NCBI GenBank assembly: GCA_965205505.1
Contig: CBDBHB010000007.1
Span: 128,001 to 192,000, forward strand
Direction of reading: 5' to 3'
From: Acidobacteriota bacterium
GTDB taxonomy: Bacteria > Acidobacteriota > UBA890 > WLXD01
Length of the DNA: 64,000 bases
Shown here: one piece after another, positions 22,516-32,285 of the stretch
Layout of the letters: the number at the start of each line of letters is the position of its first letter
Position numbering within the stretch: the stretch's first letter is position 1
The notes under the pieces: model-generated
Databases searched by the model: none
What the model saw: only the letters and a program-made list of their open reading frames with translations
Told to the model about the DNA's origin: nothing
Translations under genes and position numbers: made by a program

Positions 22516-23118
22516 CTATAGCTCCCGGCGCCCCTCCAGCGCTCGCGACATGGTGACCTCATCGGCGTACTCGATATCGCCTCCCACCGGGATACCTGCA
22601 GCGATCCGCGTCACCGTGGCGCCGGTGGGCTTCAGCAGCCTGGCCAGGTAGGCTGCGGTCGCCTCTCCCTCGACGGTCGGGTTGGTCGCCACGATCACCT
22701 CGCGCACGTGGTTGTCGCGCACGCGCTGCTCGAGCTGGCCGAGATGGAGCTCGTCGGGCCCGATTCCGTCGAGCGGCGACAGTGACCCGCCGAGGACGTG
22801 ATAGCGGCCTCGGAAGCGACTGGTGCGCTCGATCGCCGCGAGGTCGTGTCCTTCCTCGACGACGCACAGCAGCGAATCGTCGCGGTTGGGATCCGTACAG
22901 TAAGCACACGGGTCCGCGTCGCTCAGCAAGTTGCAACGGCCGCAGGGACGGATCTTCCGCCGCACCTCGAGCAGCGCCTCGGCCAGCTCCTGCGTCTCGG
23001 ACTCCGGTGCCTTGAGTAGGTAGAACGCCAGTCGTTGGGCCGTCTTCCGTCCGATCGTCGGCAGGCGTTGCAGTCGGTCGATAAGGTCCGCCACCGGACC
23101 CGACTCGGTATAGCTCAC
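22516..23118 (-). CDS. recR: Recombination mediator RecR
   Basis: LPTIGRKTAQRLA, C4 zinc finger, YHVLGG.LSPLDG and ATNPTVEGEATA motifs. Confidence 0.97.
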   Translation of the reverse strand: MSYTESGPVADLIDRLQRLPTIGRKTAQRLAFYLLKAPESETQELAEALLEVRRKIRPCGRCNLLSDADPCAYCTDPNRDDSLLCVVEEGHDLAAIERTSRFRGRYHVLGGSLSPLDGIGPDELHLGQLEQRVRDNHVREVIVATNPTVEGEATAAYLARLLKPTGATVTRIAAGIPVGGDIEYADEVTMSRALEGRREL

Positions 23119-23120
23119 GG

Positions 23121-23432
23121 CTACCCGAGCAGGCCGCCGAGTGCACCGAGGCCACCCGGAATCATGCCGCCGATCTTCTGTTGCGCCTGCTCGTCGGCCC
23201 GGCGCACCGCTTCTCCGACCGCTGATACCACGAGGTCTTGCAACATCTCCACGTCATCGGGATCGACCACGGCGGGCTCGATCTTGAGCTCCAATAGGGC
23301 CTTTGCGCCGTTCACGGTTGCCGTGACCATGCCGCCACCAACCGAAGCCGTAACACGCATTTCCTCGAGCTCGGCCTGCAGCTTCTCTTGCATCTGCTGC
23401 GCTTGGCGCATCATCTTCTTGATGTCCATCAT
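23121..23432 (-). CDS. ybaB: YbaB/EbfC nucleoid-associated protein
   Basis: MMRQAQQMQ, GGGMV and DVEMLQDLV motifs; lies between dnaX and recR. Confidence 0.95.
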   Translation of the reverse strand: MMDIKKMMRQAQQMQEKLQAELEEMRVTASVGGGMVTATVNGAKALLELKIEPAVVDPDDVEMLQDLVVSAVGEAVRRADEQAQQKIGGMIPGGLGALGGLLG

Positions 23433-23436
23433 CGAC

Positions 23437-25428
23437 TCACGACTCCTCTACAGAGATGACTTGGCCCTTGAGTTCGCGCAGTAGGTCCTGCACCAGCGGC
23501 TCGCTCTCGGCTCGTTCCAGGAGCGCGCTGGAAGCGCTCTGAATATCGTCTGGCGGTGTTCCGCCGTCGTGCGGGGAGGGCTGCCCCAGCGTTGGTGTCT
23601 TGGCGGGGCCGCCCGGGGTCGCTCCGGCATCGGCTTCGCCCACGTTTGACGCGGATCCGCGGGGGTCGCCACTGTCAAGCTCGACTCGCGCTGCTACTGG
23701 CCTACCGGCCGCGGCGCTACAGGCTGCCGACAGCGCGGGGAGAACCTGCGGGTCACGCACGCGCTGCGCGAAGATGCTGGCGCTCGACGGGAAGCGCAGG
23801 GTTACCGTGTGCTCGTCGAGGTCAATACCACTGGTGCGCCCCAGCACCTGGGCCACCAGTGGGTGCGAGGCCTCGAGCGCCCGTTGAATCCCACTCAGCA
23901 AGTCGGCGTGATCGTTGCCAGCCGCCGTGACGGACACCGGCTCGTGAGCTGCCGTGGGAGCGCTACTGCCGCTCATGGGCGGCGCATCGGGCTCCGGGGG
24001 CAGCGGAGGTTGCTCCTCTGTCGGCGGCGCAGCGGCCGGCGCTGACGTAGTGGCTGGCAGGGGCGCAGCGGCCGGCGCTGGGGTAGTGGCTGGTAGGGGG
24101 GCAGTGGCTGGCAACGGCGCTGAGGTCGGCGTTGGCGCCGTAGTCGTTGTCGGGGCCTCGGCCGGTATCGGTGCGGCCCGCTGGGTACGGTCGGTCTTAC
24201 GAGACGATGAGCCGGCCGCGCCGTGCGTCGAGCGCCGACCGCTCGGGGCGCTGCCACTGCTGCCGCTACCGCGGTTACCGGACGGTGCGCCGACGGCCTC
24301 GATGAGGCTACGGATGGGCTCCAAGCTCGGCATTCGGGCGAGCCGCGAAAGCACCACTTCGACGTGGTAGCGGGGGTGCTCGGCCACCTTGATCCGGTAC
24401 TCATTGGCCGCTAGCAGTGAAAATGCTCGATCGAGGTCGTCGACCTCGAACTGCTCTGCCTGCTCACGCAGGCGATCGATGTCGGTCGCTGGCAGATGCA
24501 GGATGTCGCCCGGATCCGCCACGCTGTGCACCACCAACAGGTTACGGAAATGGCCGAGCAGATCGATCGTGAACTGGTGTAGGTCGACGCCCTGTTCGAC
24601 CATCTCGTTGACCAAGCCGAGCACGCCGGCGATGTCGCCGGCAGCCACCAGATCGGTCGAGCGGAAGAGCAACAGGCGATCGACCAGCCCGAGCAAATCG
24701 ACCACGGTCGACTGATCGATGCGGTCGCCGGCAAACGCGATGAGCTTGTCGAGCAGGCTCTGGGCATCGCGCAAGCTGCCGTCTGCCGCGGCGGCGATCA
24801 ACGCCAGGCCGTCGGCCGATACGTCGATGCTCTCCGCCTTCGCGATGCGACCGAGATGCGCACCGATCTCACGCTGGCTGATGCGCGCAAACTGATAGTG
24901 CTGACAGCGCGAGAGGATCGTCGGCAGGATCTTGTTGGGCTCGGTGGTTGCGAGCACGAAGACGATGTACTCCGGGGGCTCCTCCAGGACCTTCAGCAAG
25001 GCATTGGATGCCTCGGTGGTGAGCATGTGAGCCTCGTCGAGGATCATCACCTTGTAGCGATCGCGCGACGGCGCGTAGCGTGCGATCTCGATGAGCTCCT
25101 TCATCTCGTGGATACCGCGGTCCGATGCCGCGTCGCGCTCAAAAACGTCGAGCGCGCGGCTGTCCATGATCTCCAGGCATGATTCGCATTCGCCGCAGGG
25201 CGTCGACGTCGGCGTGTCGCTGGCGCGGCAGTTGAGACCGCGGGCGAGCAACCGAGCCAGGGTTGTCTTGCCGACGCCGCGGATCCCCGAGAAGCAATAG
25301 GCGTGTGCCACGCGCCCCTGGTCGAGGGCGTTCGCCAGCGTCTGGACGACCGCCCGCTGTCCGACGACGTCCTCGAACTGCTGCGGTCGCCACTTGCGGG
25401 CGAGTACCTGATAGTTCTGACGACCCAT
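23437..25428 (-). CDS. dnaX: DNA polymerase III subunit gamma/tau
   Basis: LARKWRPQ.F, GIRGVGKTT, DEAHML and TILSRCQ motifs; Pro/Ala/Thr-rich repetitive linker at ~23950-24270. Confidence 0.97.
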   Translation of the reverse strand: MGRQNYQVLARKWRPQQFEDVVGQRAVVQTLANALDQGRVAHAYCFSGIRGVGKTTLARLLARGLNCRASDTPTSTPCGECESCLEIMDSRALDVFERDAASDRGIHEMKELIEIARYAPSRDRYKVMILDEAHMLTTEASNALLKVLEEPPEYIVFVLATTEPNKILPTILSRCQHYQFARISQREIGAHLGRIAKAESIDVSADGLALIAAAADGSLRDAQSLLDKLIAFAGDRIDQSTVVDLLGLVDRLLLFRSTDLVAAGDIAGVLGLVNEMVEQGVDLHQFTIDLLGHFRNLLVVHSVADPGDILHLPATDIDRLREQAEQFEVDDLDRAFSLLAANEYRIKVAEHPRYHVEVVLSRLARMPSLEPIRSLIEAVGAPSGNRGSGSSGSAPSGRRSTHGAAGSSSRKTDRTQRAAPIPAEAPTTTTAPTPTSAPLPATAPLPATTPAPAAAPLPATTSAPAAAPPTEEQPPLPPEPDAPPMSGSSAPTAAHEPVSVTAAGNDHADLLSGIQRALEASHPLVAQVLGRTSGIDLDEHTVTLRFPSSASIFAQRVRDPQVLPALSAACSAAAGRPVAARVELDSGDPRGSASNVGEADAGATPGGPAKTPTLGQPSPHDGGTPPDDIQSASSALLERAESEPLVQDLLRELKGQVISVEES

Positions 25429-25499
25429 GGCTGACCGGAAAATCAGGGAAGATACGGCAAAGTACCGCTGTGTTCGTTGAGCTTCTTCGTGCTACCAAC

Positions 25500-25611
25500 G
25501 AGACGAACGCCGGGTGATCCTGCGGCACCTGCAGTTGCCCGCTTAGCGCTGCTCCCTTCCGGGCCTGACGCGGTTCACGAGTCTGCACCGCACAGGGCCC
25601 GGCGCCGTCTC
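25500..25611 (-). ncRNA. ffs: Small bacterial SRP RNA (4.5S)
   Basis: Conserved TCAGGCCCGGAAGGGAGCAGC helix inside a long hairpin with complementary ends, directly upstream of dnaX. Confidence 0.93.
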
Positions 25612-25785
25612 AAGACGCTGACGGCGGCGGCTCACCGCCGGAAATCGTGTCGATCACCCGGCCGTAGCGGAGCGAGCTGCGCCTCGCCACGGCCGAAGTG
25701 CCGATGGTGCCACGCGAGCCGGAGGGCCAGCAAGCGAGCCCCCGAGCAATCCGGTCCACAAAACTGTGATGTGCAGCGCAGCAGG

Positions 25786-27534
25786 TCAGTTGGCTGCAGG
25801 CTGCTTGATGAAACGGATCCGGACACGCCCGGCATTGAGCCGGAACCCGGTGACCGTACCCGCCTCACGCAGAAACTCTACCGTTCCCGCCGGCCCGGAG
25901 AAGCTGTCGGGTCCGAGGCGTTGGAGTGTTGCCGGGGCCCGGCCGGCCAGACCAAACGACACGCCGTCGCTGCTGGCGGCGACTTCGTAGGCGACCTCCA
26001 CTTCGTCGCTCCAATAGCGACCGGAGTATGCCGCGCGCTCCGCCGCAGTCATGGGTGGCAGGTTGGGTATTCGCGCCAGGGTAAGCTCGACAACGCCCGC
26101 GATGGCGATGGTTGTCTCTTGCGCTGGCGCGTCAGCCGGCGCGAACGTAACTGACAGGAGCTGCCCGTCGAAGTCACTGATAAAGCGCGCCGGTCCTACG
26201 GCGGTAAGCGAACGCGTGCCGCCCAGGGCATCGGCGATGAGCACGAGCCGATCGTCCTGGATGCTCGTTTCCGCCGTCATGCCCGATGCTTCGTGAAGCC
26301 ACGAGGCAGCCTTGTTCTCGAGCGCGATGCGCGGCAGCTCCACCGGGTCGAGGGCGCCGGCAGGATCGGCAGCTGTCTCTGCCGGGGCGTCGTCCTCGAA
26401 CCGATCGGTCAGGTAGATGTCAGCTACCTCGTCGCAGAGTCCCGATGGGTTGATCGAGCCGAGGTTCGCTAGACAGATCACGGTGAATTCCTCGCTCGGA
26501 TATCGCACCATGTCGGCCCGAAAGCCGACGAAGCCGCCGGCGTGGCGAACCATCCGGAGCCCGCGGCGCTCCGACACCGAAAGCCCGAAGGCGTACTCGA
26601 GCTCTTCGCCATTGGTCAGGCTGCCCGTCTGGTGCATTAACCTGGTGAGTTCGGCACCGAAGATGTCGCTGTAGAACGCCTGATCCCACGAAAACAGGTC
26701 TTCGACGGTCGTGAACACTCCGCCGTCTCCCACGTGGTCGAGTGTGGTGTTGGCGATGCGGAAGCCATCTTCGGAGGAGGCGTAGCCATCGGCTCGGTTC
26801 CGCACCGGCAAAGTGTGGTCGTCATGGAAGTGGGTGTTGTCCATGCCGAGGGGCCGGAAGATGCGCTCCTGGGCGAACTCAGCCAGCGTCTGTCCGGTGA
26901 CGCGCTCGACGATCATGCCCATCAGCAGGTAGCCGGAGTTCGAATAGAGATGCTCGTCGCCGGGCAGGAAGTTGAGCTCTCGCTGCCGGGTGAGCAGCTC
27001 GAGGCTGTCCTCTGGGGTGTAGTAGTCGTCACCCCGCAGGCCACGCACAGCGAACTCCAGGGTCAGGTAGTCCCGTAGCCCGCTCATGTGGTGTACCAAG
27101 TGCTCGACGGTGACCGGCCGCGGGTACTCGGGCATCTCCGGCAGATACTCACGGATATCGTCCTCGAGCGAGATCTTGTTCTCGATCGCCAGGATGCCGA
27201 TACACGCGGCAGTGAACTGCTTCGAAGTCGAGCCGATGCGGAACACGGTCGTCGGCGAGATCGGCACGCCATGCTCGAGGTTGGCCATGCCGTAGCCTCG
27301 CGCGTAGACGAGCTCGCCGTGATGGATGACACCAAGCGCCACGCCCGGAGACCTTGTCGAGTCCCAGGCCGCGAAGATCTCGTCGACGCGCTCCGAAAGC
27401 TCGTCGGTAGCAGCGCTGACGATCGTTCCACCGCCGACTGGTGGCTCGGCGGGCCCTTGGGCCAATACCAGCGATGCCCCGGGGGCGAGGAGCAACAAGC
27501 AAGTCAGCAGCGCGCTCCGGACGGTGATCTTCAT
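25786..27534 (-). CDS. Secreted serine hydrolase (beta-lactamase family) with C-terminal extension domains
   Basis: FRIGSTSKQFT (SxxK), YSNSGY and HAGG motifs; signal peptide. Confidence 0.92.
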   Translation of the reverse strand: MKITVRSALLTCLLLLAPGASLVLAQGPAEPPVGGGTIVSAATDELSERVDEIFAAWDSTRSPGVALGVIHHGELVYARGYGMANLEHGVPISPTTVFRIGSTSKQFTAACIGILAIENKISLEDDIREYLPEMPEYPRPVTVEHLVHHMSGLRDYLTLEFAVRGLRGDDYYTPEDSLELLTRQRELNFLPGDEHLYSNSGYLLMGMIVERVTGQTLAEFAQERIFRPLGMDNTHFHDDHTLPVRNRADGYASSEDGFRIANTTLDHVGDGGVFTTVEDLFSWDQAFYSDIFGAELTRLMHQTGSLTNGEELEYAFGLSVSERRGLRMVRHAGGFVGFRADMVRYPSEEFTVICLANLGSINPSGLCDEVADIYLTDRFEDDAPAETAADPAGALDPVELPRIALENKAASWLHEASGMTAETSIQDDRLVLIADALGGTRSLTAVGPARFISDFDGQLLSVTFAPADAPAQETTIAIAGVVELTLARIPNLPPMTAAERAAYSGRYWSDEVEVAYEVAASSDGVSFGLAGRAPATLQRLGPDSFSGPAGTVEFLREAGTVTGFRLNAGRVRIRFIKQPAAN

Positions 27535-27853
27535 GGTTTTCCCCGAGGTCGGTCTTTGCCGGGCTGCTTCGCGATCGACGGGTTGTCTACGGCCCGAATG
27601 GCGCGGCAGCCCGCAAAGTGAACAGGCGGAGAAGGTGACCGCTATTTGACGGTTCCGTCATGTTCTATTACCTTCCTAAAATGTCCTAGAACACCAATAT
27701 ATACAGATAGTTACAGTTACTACGACCGCCTTGCGTGTTCCATCGAAATCCGTTACATTCCAGATTGTAATTGTATATGGGATTGTTGTTTCTGAGTTCT
27801 ACCCCTCCGCCCACAACCACTACATACGGTATCGCGGCAGCAGGACGGACACC

Positions 27854-29062
27854 ATGCCCAAGCAGCGCGGCAGCAGGCATCCGGTCAAGGCGCTGAGCGC
27901 CCAGTTTGTGCGCAATGCTCCGCCGGGTTTCTATTGCGACGGCAACGGCCTGAACTTGCGCGTGGATCCGTCGGGCGTGCGGCGCTGGGTGCAGCGGCTT
28001 GTGATCCAAGGCCGGCCACGGACGCTGGGCCTGGGAGGCTGGCCGCTGGTGTCGCTGTCGGAGGCGCGCGAGGTGGCGTTTGCAAACCGCAAGCTGGCAC
28101 GCGCTGGCGGAGACCCGCTGAGCGACAAGCGCAAGGCCCGGGATACGCCGAGTTTCGCGCAAGCGGCTGCAAAGGTGATCGAGATGCACCGCCCTGGCTG
28201 GCGCAACGCCAAGCACGCGGCGCAGTGGGAGTCCACGCTTACTACGTATGCCTTCCCCCGCATCGGTGCGATGCCGGTGTCGGAGGTAACAACGGCCGAG
28301 GTGTTGGAGGTACTGGAACCGATCTGGCATGAAAAGCCCGAGACCGCACGGAGGGTGCGGCAGCGCATCAGCGCGGTGATGAAGTGGGCCGTGGCGCAGG
28401 GGTACCGTGGCGACAACCCGGCCGGCGACGCCATCGCCCAGGCGCTGCCACGACACAGCAAGGTCAGAGCCCACATGCGCGCCTTGCCTCATGCCAAGGT
28501 GGCCGGTGCGATCGAGGCGGTGCGGGCTTCGGATGCCTCGATGAGTGTGAAGCTGGCCTTCGAGTTTCTGGTGTTGACGGCATCCCGCTCCGGCGAGGTG
28601 CGGTTGGCTACGTGGCAGGAGATGGACCGGGAGGCGGGGGAGTGGACAGTTGCGGCCGAGCGCATGAAGTCGAAGCGTGCCCACCGGGTACCGCTGTCGA
28701 CTCGAGCCTTGGAGATCCTGAGCCAGGCGCGGGCACTGTCGGATAGGGAGACACTGGTGTTCCCAGGCTCGCGAGCTGGTAAGCCGCTGTCGGACGCAAC
28801 GTTTTCCAAGCTCATGCGGCAGCTGGGTATCGCCGCGGTACCGCACGGGTTCCGCTCATCGTTCCGGGATTGGGCGGCGGAGTGCACCAACGCACCGCGG
28901 ACGGTCATGGAGGCGGCCCTGGCGCATGTAGTACGCGACCGGACCGAGGCGGCCTATGCGCGCTCCGACCTGCTGGAGCGCCGCCGGCAGCTAATGAACG
29001 ACTGGGCCGCTTACCTGAGCGCTGAGGGCGGCAAGGTGGTACCAATGCTGCGTCCTGCCTAG
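27854..29062 (+). CDS. P4-like tyrosine integrase (Arm DNA-binding + catalytic domains)
   Basis: DGNGLNLRV, LGLGGWPLVSLSEARE; catalytic R (TASRSGE), K (MKSK), HGFR, LAH and Y (AAYARS) all present. Confidence 0.95.
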   Translation: MPKQRGSRHPVKALSAQFVRNAPPGFYCDGNGLNLRVDPSGVRRWVQRLVIQGRPRTLGLGGWPLVSLSEAREVAFANRKLARAGGDPLSDKRKARDTPSFAQAAAKVIEMHRPGWRNAKHAAQWESTLTTYAFPRIGAMPVSEVTTAEVLEVLEPIWHEKPETARRVRQRISAVMKWAVAQGYRGDNPAGDAIAQALPRHSKVRAHMRALPHAKVAGAIEAVRASDASMSVKLAFEFLVLTASRSGEVRLATWQEMDREAGEWTVAAERMKSKRAHRVPLSTRALEILSQARALSDRETLVFPGSRAGKPLSDATFSKLMRQLGIAAVPHGFRSSFRDWAAECTNAPRTVMEAALAHVVRDRTEAAYARSDLLERRRQLMNDWAAYLSAEGGKVVPMLRPA

Positions 29063-29178
29063 AGAGTCCTGATGCCCATCCAGTGTCAGAGCCTGTCCGT
29101 CGCGCTGCGTCACCCTCAGGCGCAGGTTGCGGTCCTCGTACGATGGAGATGTCACTCCGCCGACGGTGAAGGGGCAGG

Positions 29179-29373
29179 CTAATCACCCCTGGGCATGGCA
29201 ATCGGACGGTTATCTGCCCACTCTTGGATTTCCTCCTGTCGCCAGGCTACGGCACGGCGGCCAATGCGCACTGGACGGGGAAACTCCCCCGCCTCCATCG
29301 CAGCGTAGATCGTGGAGCGGGAAAGCCCGATCATCTCCTCGACGTCGGCGCGGCGAAGGAATCTAGTCGTCAT
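29179..29373 (-). CDS. AlpA-family excisionase/regulator
   Basis: FLRRADVEEMIGLSRSTIY..M..GEFPRPVRIGRRAVAW...EI..W. Confidence 0.93.
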   Translation of the reverse strand: MTTRFLRRADVEEMIGLSRSTIYAAMEAGEFPRPVRIGRRAVAWRQEEIQEWADNRPIAMPRGD

Positions 29374-29818
29374 CGTTTGTCTCCTCCTCTGAGGCTGCGC
29401 GCAGAAGCTTACGGAACGCTGTTGGGTCTTCGACTTGAAGGCGCTTCAGCCTGTTCAGTTCGAGCGCGGATCTAATCGACTCAGGCGCTTCCTCTAGCAA
29501 TCGTTCTTCCTGTGCGCCGAGCCAATCAACGACCTCACCTATTGTCCTAGCGTTGCCGAAGACCGGCGTCGTGGAGATCGTCAAGCTCGTGGGGTGACGA
29601 GCCTCGAAGCCCAGCTGACCTTCGATCAGATCCCCAAGAAATCGGCCGCGCGCGCCGGCGACTTGATGCGGCGTGGGGTAATCGCCGGTGAAAACGGCAG
29701 CTTGGGTTAGCTCTTTGGAAATGAACGCATCGAGCATTGCGACGTGCCTCTTTTCGAGCCGGATCACGACGGCCTTTTCGTCGTCGGCCTTTGTAGGTCT
29801 TCCCTGTTTTTGACCCAT
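29363..29818 (-). CDS. Hypothetical protein, possible N-terminal ribbon-helix-helix
   Basis: GGAG RBS; MGQKQGRPTK…AVVIRLEKRHVAMLDAF; overlaps the alpA start. Confidence 0.6.
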   Translation of the reverse strand: MGQKQGRPTKADDEKAVVIRLEKRHVAMLDAFISKELTQAAVFTGDYPTPHQVAGARGRFLGDLIEGQLGFEARHPTSLTISTTPVFGNARTIGEVVDWLGAQEERLLEEAPESIRSALELNRLKRLQVEDPTAFRKLLRAASEEETNDDD

Positions 29819-30119
29819 TGCCCCTCCGCTCTCATCTGAGCGACAAGGCACAGCCTATATGGTCCGCAAAAGCCTTTCAAGGTCTTACAATAGTTAATTA
29901 GATCGATGGCATCTTCTAGATTCCCTCGCGCGGCAAACGTGCCCCTCGGATCAGGCGGTAGCCGAACGATAGCCGGGGGCCGGCGTGTCGAGCTGGGACG
30001 GCCAGCTCAGCGACCCACCTGAGAGTGAGCGGCTGCACGGTGCCGCGCAGGAAGCACCGCCCGGGCTTCACGGGCGCCGGTGCCGGGCCGATGATGTGTG
30101 GTTGCCAATGCGAGGCGGG

Positions 30120-30300
30120 CTACTGGCCGGCCACGTGGATGAGGATCTCACCGACACGGTTCTGGCCGCACATCTACACGTCGGAGCCGACTACCGGCTC
30201 GATGACCATACGCAGCTGGGATTGCGGCTGAGCTACTCGATGCTGGGAGCTATAGAAGACTCCGGCGCATACACGTCGCACCGGTGGCACGCGGAGGATC
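30120..30300 (+). pseudogene. Fragment of an outer-membrane beta-barrel protein
   Basis: DTVLAAHLHVGADYRLDDHTQLGLRLSYS has an alternating beta-strand pattern; no credible start or end. Confidence 0.4.
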
Positions 30301-30477
30301 CAGTGCCCAAACCTGTCCGTCGCAGCGTCACGCCCAACACGTTCCAAATCGCTGGGCTCGTCATTCGCATTGGCGCGGCCGGGAGTTCAGGCCGCTGCCG
30401 CGGACATTGGCTATCAGTAAGGCCATTCGCGACGCGGTCCGAGCGGTACTCTCTATCGCCGCCGTAACGTCGATGGG

Positions 30478-32001
30478 CTATCGGGCGCCGACGAGCTGGT
30501 TCATGTACCACCTGATGAAGCCCCTCGGGCCACCCTCGCTGCGGGCGTAGCGCCCAGCTCCGTAGGCTCCAGAGCGAACCCCGGCGTGGTTGTTCTCCAC
30601 CACCCAGATGTCCTCCTGGATGGTGATGTGCCACAGGGCCTTGACCCTCTCGGGATCGTAGTCGCGGCCCTCGACGGCGTCCGGGTGCACTAGCCAGATC
30701 AGCTCGCAGTCGGTGTGCTCAGTGTCGCGCGGCGTGAAGCGAGCGATGCCCAGATGGTCGTCGTAAGCCTGCACGTAGAACTGCGACCACCGTGTGCCGG
30801 TGACGCGCGTGCCGTACGTCCACTCCTTGATATTCGGTAGCAGCGGCGCCACCGGCTTGCCGTCCAGTGAGCCGGTCATGAAGCCGGGGTTCAGGCTGCC
30901 GCCCATGCTCGACTCGTACTCCGCGCCGCCCATGCCGCCATCGTTGGAGATGACGCGCTTGCCCTCCTGCGTGACCCACTCGGCTACCTGCGCGTTACGC
31001 TGGGTGCGCTGCCTGCGCGGCATCTCCTGGTCCCAGTTGTGCGTCGTGACCAGCGACCTGTGCGACGGGCCACAGTGGTAGCACTCAAGGAAGTTCTCCA
31101 GCGCCAGCTTCCAGTTACCGTGGATCGGATACTGCTCGCGAACCGCGACCTTCAGCTCGGCGCTGCCGTAGTAGCTGAGCACCGGATGGATATCGTTACC
31201 GACCTGCTCGTCGAAGTCGGGTGGTTCCAACGCCTGCGTCAGATGCACGAAGATCATGCCCTCGGACACCCGCAGGTGGCACGGAACGAGGCCGTTGTCG
31301 GCCGGATCGAAGTCCTCCTGCATGCCGTAAGCGTGGATCAGGGTGCCGTCCGTGTCGTACGTCCAGGCGTGATACGGGCAGCGAAACACCGGGCTGTTGC
31401 CCATCTGCCCGAGCTGCTTGACTGACAGGCGCGGATCGTCGGGGATCGGGTCGGCATCGTGACGACAAAGGCGCGAGCCGCGGTGGCGGCAGACGTTGTG
31501 GAACGCTTTGATCTCGCCTGCCGGGTTGCGCACTATGATGACGCTCTCGGCACGACCGAACTGGTACACGAAGTAGTCGCCGGGGTTCGGGATCCGGTCG
31601 ACGTGATCGGCGAACAGCCACAGGTTCTCTTTGAGGAACGCCTCGTCGCGTAGATAGTGCTCCTCTTGGAGGTAGTATTCTGCCGGGATCGTGGTGCCCG
31701 GTTGCCAGCCGCCCGGATACACCTTCTCCGTCTTGGAGGCTTTGCCGTCGTTGAGTGCAGCACCGCTGCCGCCGTATCCGACGGCCTCCCGCGGCGGCGT
31801 GATCCGGCGCGCGGCAGGCCGATTCTCCACCGCTCTCGAGCGGAGCGAGGCCAGCTTGGCGCTCTTCGATGTCTCCGCGTGCACGACACCGGGCAGCGCG
31901 ACCGCCGCGGCACTCGCCGCCACTGAGGTCTTGGCAAAGTCGCGACGGCTGACCTTGATCCGCCCGTCATCCCCGTGTTTCTTGTGCCCGCCTTCGCTCA
32001 T
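30478..32001 (-). CDS. Rieske non-heme iron oxygenase alpha subunit (betaine/choline monooxygenase-like group) with twin-arginine signal
   Basis: NVCRHRG…CPYHAW Rieske ligands, NWKLALENFLECYHC...H and ED mononuclear-iron site; N-terminal SRRDFAK; GGAGG RBS before ATG 32001. Confidence 0.9.
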   Translation of the reverse strand: MSEGGHKKHGDDGRIKVSRRDFAKTSVAASAAAVALPGVVHAETSKSAKLASLRSRAVENRPAARRITPPREAVGYGGSGAALNDGKASKTEKVYPGGWQPGTTIPAEYYLQEEHYLRDEAFLKENLWLFADHVDRIPNPGDYFVYQFGRAESVIIVRNPAGEIKAFHNVCRHRGSRLCRHDADPIPDDPRLSVKQLGQMGNSPVFRCPYHAWTYDTDGTLIHAYGMQEDFDPADNGLVPCHLRVSEGMIFVHLTQALEPPDFDEQVGNDIHPVLSYYGSAELKVAVREQYPIHGNWKLALENFLECYHCGPSHRSLVTTHNWDQEMPRRQRTQRNAQVAEWVTQEGKRVISNDGGMGGAEYESSMGGSLNPGFMTGSLDGKPVAPLLPNIKEWTYGTRVTGTRWSQFYVQAYDDHLGIARFTPRDTEHTDCELIWLVHPDAVEGRDYDPERVKALWHITIQEDIWVVENNHAGVRSGAYGAGRYARSEGGPRGFIRWYMNQLVGAR

Positions 32002-32226
32002 GTTACCTCCGCGTGTACCGTGTGCTCGGAGTCCACTGGGACCTTGAGGTGTCGCCGCGCGAGCCCGTGACGCCCAAGGCGTCGAGCCTATCCCGTCCGG
32101 CCAATGGCTCGCGTGGCTGAAGCCTGCTCTGGGTGCCGGACGACCGGTGCCACGTCGTTGCCTGTGTGTTCCGTGCACGCAGTCGTCGAGACACCGAGCA
32201 GGGCACCGCCCGTGCCCGCGCCCTCC

Positions 32227-32285
32227 CACTAGGTTCAGGACCTAGTGGGCGCAAGCCCGTGGGGGTTCAAGTCCCTCCTTGGGCA
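32227..32285 (+). pseudogene. 3' fragment of tRNA-Leu (CAG), att-like
   Basis: CTAGG-TTCAGGA-CCTAG anticodon arm, long variable arm, GGGGG-TTCAAGT-CCCTC T-arm and CTTGGGCA; 5' acceptor strand and D-arm absent. Confidence 0.9.

Noticed and set aside
24020-24140. Tandem repeats inside dnaX
   Set aside because: Ordinary Pro/Ala/Thr low-complexity linker of the tau subunit; no clear programmed frameshift signal seen.
32072-32285. Split or intron-containing tRNA-Leu using GCCCAAG at 32072-32078 as 5' acceptor strand
   Set aside because: The heptamer complements CTTGGGC but is not followed by T8 or a D-arm, sits within its own GACGCC/GGCGTC hairpin, and the spacer shows no recognisable intron features.
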